Source: Basidiobolus meristosporus CBS 931.73
Lineage: Eukaryota > Fungi > Basidiobolomycota
Direction of reading: 5' to 3'
Length of the DNA stretch: 55,132 nt
Assembly: GCA_002104905.1 (NCBI GenBank)
Contig: MCFE01000591.1
Coordinates: 1 to 55,132 of the forward strand
Position 1 is the first letter of the stretch. Each line of letters opens with the position of its first letter. Shown piece after piece: positions 50,646-55,132 of the stretch. Made by a program: the position numbers and the translations under genes. Below the pieces are notes generated by a model. It worked only from the letters and a program-made list of their open reading frames with translations, searched no databases and was not told the origin of the DNA.

Positions 50646-51347
50646 TGTTACAAGTCTTGATATAAAAGTTGTAGAGGAATAGGGAGTTTAGCTGGTATTG
50701 TATCCACTAAAACCAGAACTGATCATTAATGAGATTCCAGCAGCTCCTTATATATCTTTTGCCAGATCAATGGCTGACTAATTGTATCTCTAAATGTAGG
50801 TTGTGACTGATGATTCATTTAGTTGCATTTTCATCACACAATCAGATTTTTCTTAATATAGCAATTTCTGTCCAATAAGGATGTGGCTTCTCATCTAATG
50901 ACTAACACTACTGATTTGATAGAAAATATGAATGTACTGATAGGCTAAACATGCAACTCACATATGTGGTATAAATTTGTAGCTCTGCCTAAATTTGCAC
51001 CTAACTTAGTCACTTTGATTATTACCTTCAGATCCTAGTGAATACTGACCAAATCCATTGTTGGGATTTACTTTGAATATTTTCACCACAATACCAGGTA
51101 CCCAGAAAATGAAAATTCTCAAAGTTGTCCAAATAGCCCCAGACTTTGCACATATATTCTTGGGACCTTCCTGAGCCTATTATACGTGTTGGTTGTGCCA
51201 AGACCATGTAAAAGTATAACTATTACTTTTATACTCAAATAATCATCAAGTGAGAACTGCATAATCTACTTATCCCTCAATCACTTCCAATATCTCCAAG
51301 ACACTTACAACAATGTATTTGACTAAGTAGCTGATCTAACTTGGACA
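50646..51347 (-). mobile_element. Gypsy LTR (reverse orientation) interrupted by a copia solo LTR
   Basis: Reverse complement of 51600-51946, starting TGTTACAAGTC at 50646. Split at 50965-51309. Confidence 0.85.
50965..51309 (+). mobile_element. Copia-family solo LTR
   Basis: TGT...TTACA, homologous along its length to 40183-40528, with no adjacent PBS or internal sequence. Flanks ACATA/ACAAT are only an imperfect TSD. Confidence 0.88.
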
Positions 51348-51599
51348 TTCCAGCATCTTACTAAGCTGACTGAGCAAATCCTCCTAGTTGTAGGTGAGTT
51401 TTGGCTGTGGGAGATCTCCTGCAATCCTTGATACATATCCATTCACTATGCAAAATGGCATTTTTTTGGGAATTGTTAGGCCCCCTTACTCCGCAGGCAT
51501 CCAGTGCCTAGCTAATATACTTGTCTCAGACACTTACAGATCCATTTGCATACTGGGTCAGCATTCTCCTCAATTATGTGTTATGATCTGCCGCTTGAA

Positions 51600-54500
51600 T
51601 GTTTAAGTTAGATCAGTTTTTAGTCAAATCAATTAGTATATGTTTAGGTTATCAGTATATCAGTATTATCTATGAAATCAGTAGCATTAGTCAGCAAATG
51701 AATCAGCAGATCCTTATCAGACAGAAAAAGATATATTAAGTAGGATCTTATTGGGTGATGATGATGCAATCAAATGAGTCATCAGCCACAACCTACATTA
51801 GGAAATACAATTAGTCAGCAATTGATCTGGCAAAATGTATATAAGGAGCTGCTGGAACCTCAATAAAAATCAGTTCAAGTTTTAGTGAATACAATACTAG
51901 CTAAACTCCCTATTCCTCTACAACTCTTATACCAAGACTTGTAACATTGGTAGCAGCAATAACCAGAAACCTCCCTCCTGAAGAAAGAAGAAAACACCCT
52001 CAAGATGTCGGACAATCAAGAATGGAAGAATGCCATGCAGCAAATCCTGGCCCAACAGCAACAGCTACTCCAGATCCTCAGCCAACAGCAACAAGGAATG
52101 ACTACCATGGCTCAGAGCCAGCAAAGCCCTATCAAGAGCAACTTTAGTGTGAAGGTCAACCGGTACCATGGCAGAGTCAATGAAAACCTGGGAACTTGGC
52201 TCTTTCAGATTGAAGAAGCTTTTAAAGCTAAAGGAATTGCTCCAGAGAGCAAGTTGCATTATGCAGCTTCTTACCTGGCAGATGCAGCTTTACAGTGGTA
52301 CCACAACAAGATCAGGTCAGCTACTATGATGGGATGCTCTACAATCTCTACCTGGGATGAGTTTGTGTCGGAAATTCAGGATGCTTTTGAACCTCCACAC
52401 CAGCAGACACTACTAAGAAGGAAGTTAAAGACACTCAGACAGAAAGGAATGGTGCAAGAATACATCTATGAGTACAGATGTCTACTTGGACAAATTGAAA
52501 GAATGGACCCCTTGGATCAAGTTGAATACTTTATTGATGGGTTGAAAGAAAGAACTCGCAAGGAAGTCAATTACCGAAGACCTCAGACTATTGAAGAAGC
52601 CATCAAGATTGCCATTGACTATGACTCAGCTATGTTTGGAGTTGGGAAGCCTACAGTGACTAGTCAGAAAGGCTATAATCATTATGAAAGAAGACAATCA
52701 GAAGCAGTACCAATGGAAATAGACGCTATGCAGAAGAATCCCTCCTCAGAAGAATGCAAGAAGAGAGGACTTTGCTTTAATTGCCACCAGCAGGGACATA
52801 TTGCAAAATACTGCCCTCAGAGAAGAAATGGACACCAGCCAACAAGAACCTTCAACCATATTGAATCCCATGAACACAATAATGAGGAAGATGAGCTTGA
52901 AGAAGACTCGGAACTCACCTTCCATATGACAGAAGAGTACTTGTCCCAAATGACTTCAAACTCAGGGAAGTTATTGTACCTGAATGGAGCAATCAATGGA
53001 GTACCTGCCAAGATCATGATTGACTCAGGAGCATCGCATGAGTACATGTCAGAGCAATTTGCTTTGAAAGCTGGAATCAACTCGGAACCTACCAAATCAA
53101 CTTCAGTCTCCACAGCAGATGGGAACTCCCACATAATCAACCGTATTACCCAGCCAGTAAGAATGAAGATCAATGACTATGAAGAAGACCTACAGGCTTA
53201 TATATTTGGGAACTGCAAGTTTGACCTTGTACTTGGGAAAACCTGGCTATTTTGTCGTAATCCATCAATCAACTGGAGAACCCATGCTACTCAGATCCAA
53301 AAAGACAACAAGACCTATGAGCTATTACCTGCCAGGCTGGATTTCAACTTGGTCAATTCCAGTGTGTGTGAGACAAGTGAACTTAGCAAGACCCAGTTCT
53401 GTAGAGCACTTAGAAAAGGTACCCAGATGTTCCTCATGGCGGTATTACAGGAGGATTCCTCTATCCCAGCACCCCAGCAGGTCCAGACTCTCTTGAAGAA
53501 ATATTCAGACGTGTTTCCAGATGAGCTTGTAAGCCTACCACCAGTCAGAGACGTGGATCATGCCATTGACACAGGAGATAGCCCTCCAGTGAGCAAGACA
53601 CCTTACAGAATGAGTCCATTGGAATTGGAGGAAATGAAGAAACAAATTGATCAGCTATTGGAGCAAGGATACATCAGGCCCAGCAAGTCACCTTGGGGAG
53701 CACCAGTGCTTTTTGTGAAAAAGAAGGATGGAACACTTAGGATGTGCATTGACTACAGAGCCCTGAACTCAGTTACCGTCAAGAATAAGTACCCCATACC
53801 TCGGATTGATGAGCTTTTGGACCAACTTAATGGAGCCACTATTTTCAGCAAGATCGACCTCATGTCAGGATACAACCAGATTAGGGTGAAACCAGAAGAT
53901 ATCCCTAAGACAGCATTCAGGACCAGATATGGACATTACGAGTACTTAGTCATGAGTTTTGGCCTCACTAATGCCCCTGCAACATTCATGACGCTGATGC
54001 AGACTGTCTTTCAGGAGTACTTAGACAAGTTTGTGATAATCTACCTGGATGACATATTGATATACAGCAAGACAGAAAAGGATCACATGGTGCACATTGA
54101 AAAGGTCTTGAAGAAACTAAGAGAGAACAAGCTATACGGCAAGCTAGCCAAGTGTGAATTCTTCAAGGAACACGTAGAATATCTGGGACACATAGTGACT
54201 AGCACAGGAGTAACCTTAGACCCAAGAAGGTGGAAGTAATCAAGAATTTGAAGCAGCCCCATAGCATATCAGAACTCAGATCCTTCCTTGGAATGGTTTC
54301 CTATTATCGGAGATTTGTCAAGTCATTTGCAAGTATTGCAGCCCCTTTAACTGATATCCTCAAGAAAGAGAATACCTACAAGTGGGACATAGCTTGTGAG
54401 ACTGCCTTCCAGACGCTAAAGAATGAACTTGCTAAGTTACCAAGCTTAAGAATACCAGACTTCAGAAAAGAGTTCACTCTATGCACAGATGCTTCAGATT

Positions 54501-55132
54501 ATGCAATTGGTGGAGTGCTGAGCCAAGAACACGAGGGAAAGGACTACCCTGTTGCCTTTGAATCCAAGAAACTGAACTCAGCAGAACAAAACTATCCAGT
54601 CCATGAGAAGGAGATGCTTGCTATAATACACTGTTTGAAGACATGGAGATGCTATATTGAAGGAGTCAAATGCACTGTGAAGACTGATCATGCCTCCCTC
54701 AAGTATATATTTACTCAGAAGGTACTCTCTAGAAGAATGACAAGATGGAGTGAATACATTCAGCAATTTGACCTGGAGATTGTCTACTGCCCTGGAAAAA
54801 CAACACGGTTGCTGATGCCTTATCAAGATTAGATCAAGTTGCACAACTCAACTTGGTGCATGAATCAGATTGGCCTAGCCTATTACCAAAGTACTTGGAG
54901 GACCAAGCCATTCCTAATGAGGTGGATGAAGATATCAAGAAGATAATCCGGGATGAAGCCAGCAAATTTGTTGTACAGGATGAAACACTCTACCGAATTG
55001 TTGATGGAAGCCTATTGCCTATTGTCCTTATGCTCGCCTGGATTTAATACATAAGCTACACAATGGATATGACATCTTGGATTGAAGGAACCTATGCTTG
55101 TAAAAGCCAGAGCATGGTGGCCCAGAATGAAA
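51600..55132 (+). mobile_element. Ty3/gypsy LTR retrotransposon: 5' LTR 51600-51946, PBS, and gag-PR-RT-RH-(IN) from 52005; runs off the window
   Basis: Gag with [14 protein letters not shown] knuckle, IDSGASH protease, RT ([26 protein letters not shown]) and RNase H (TDASDYAIG..EKEMLAI..TDHASL). Several 1-bp frameshifts after 54230. Confidence 0.97.

Noticed and set aside
54225-54245. Programmed ribosomal frameshift in the gypsy pol
   Set aside because: It lies at the end of RT rather than at the gag-pol junction, has no clear slippery heptamer, and is followed by further indels. Decay or sequencing error is more likely.

Overview
Eukaryotic genomic DNA with short GT-AG introns. It is most likely from an early-diverging (non-Dikarya) fungus, possibly Basidiobolus-like or another Zoopagomycota/Mucoromycota; the taxon is inferred from gene content and intron style. 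Positions 1 to ~38,000 are a compact, CpG-rich gene block with mostly alternating orientation: separase (partial), RPC25, ASCC1-like, two tandem aquaglyceroporins, a sphingomyelin-synthase-like protein, a thioredoxin-SHP-UBX fusion, a full-length IP3 receptor-like Ca2+ channel, a Tim17-like protein, an RS-domain cyclophilin, an NmrA-like reductase, MAM33, MsrB, MET16, eIF4B, SSH4-like, an AGFG1-like ArfGAP and COX19. From ~39,290 to the window end is an AT-richer, CpG-depleted block of nested, decayed transposons: Ty1/copia, CACTA/EnSpm-like and Ty3/gypsy. The most notable observations are an IP3R-like channel whose IP3-binding residues are largely lost while the Ca2+, Zn-finger and pore elements are kept, a catalytically intact thioredoxin fused to p97/Cdc48-binding SHP and UBX modules, and a sharp gene/TE boundary with a CpG-decay signature. 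No rRNA, tRNA or CRISPR array was recognised. All protein assignments come from motif recognition by eye, not database searches. Exon boundaries and several start codons are manual predictions.
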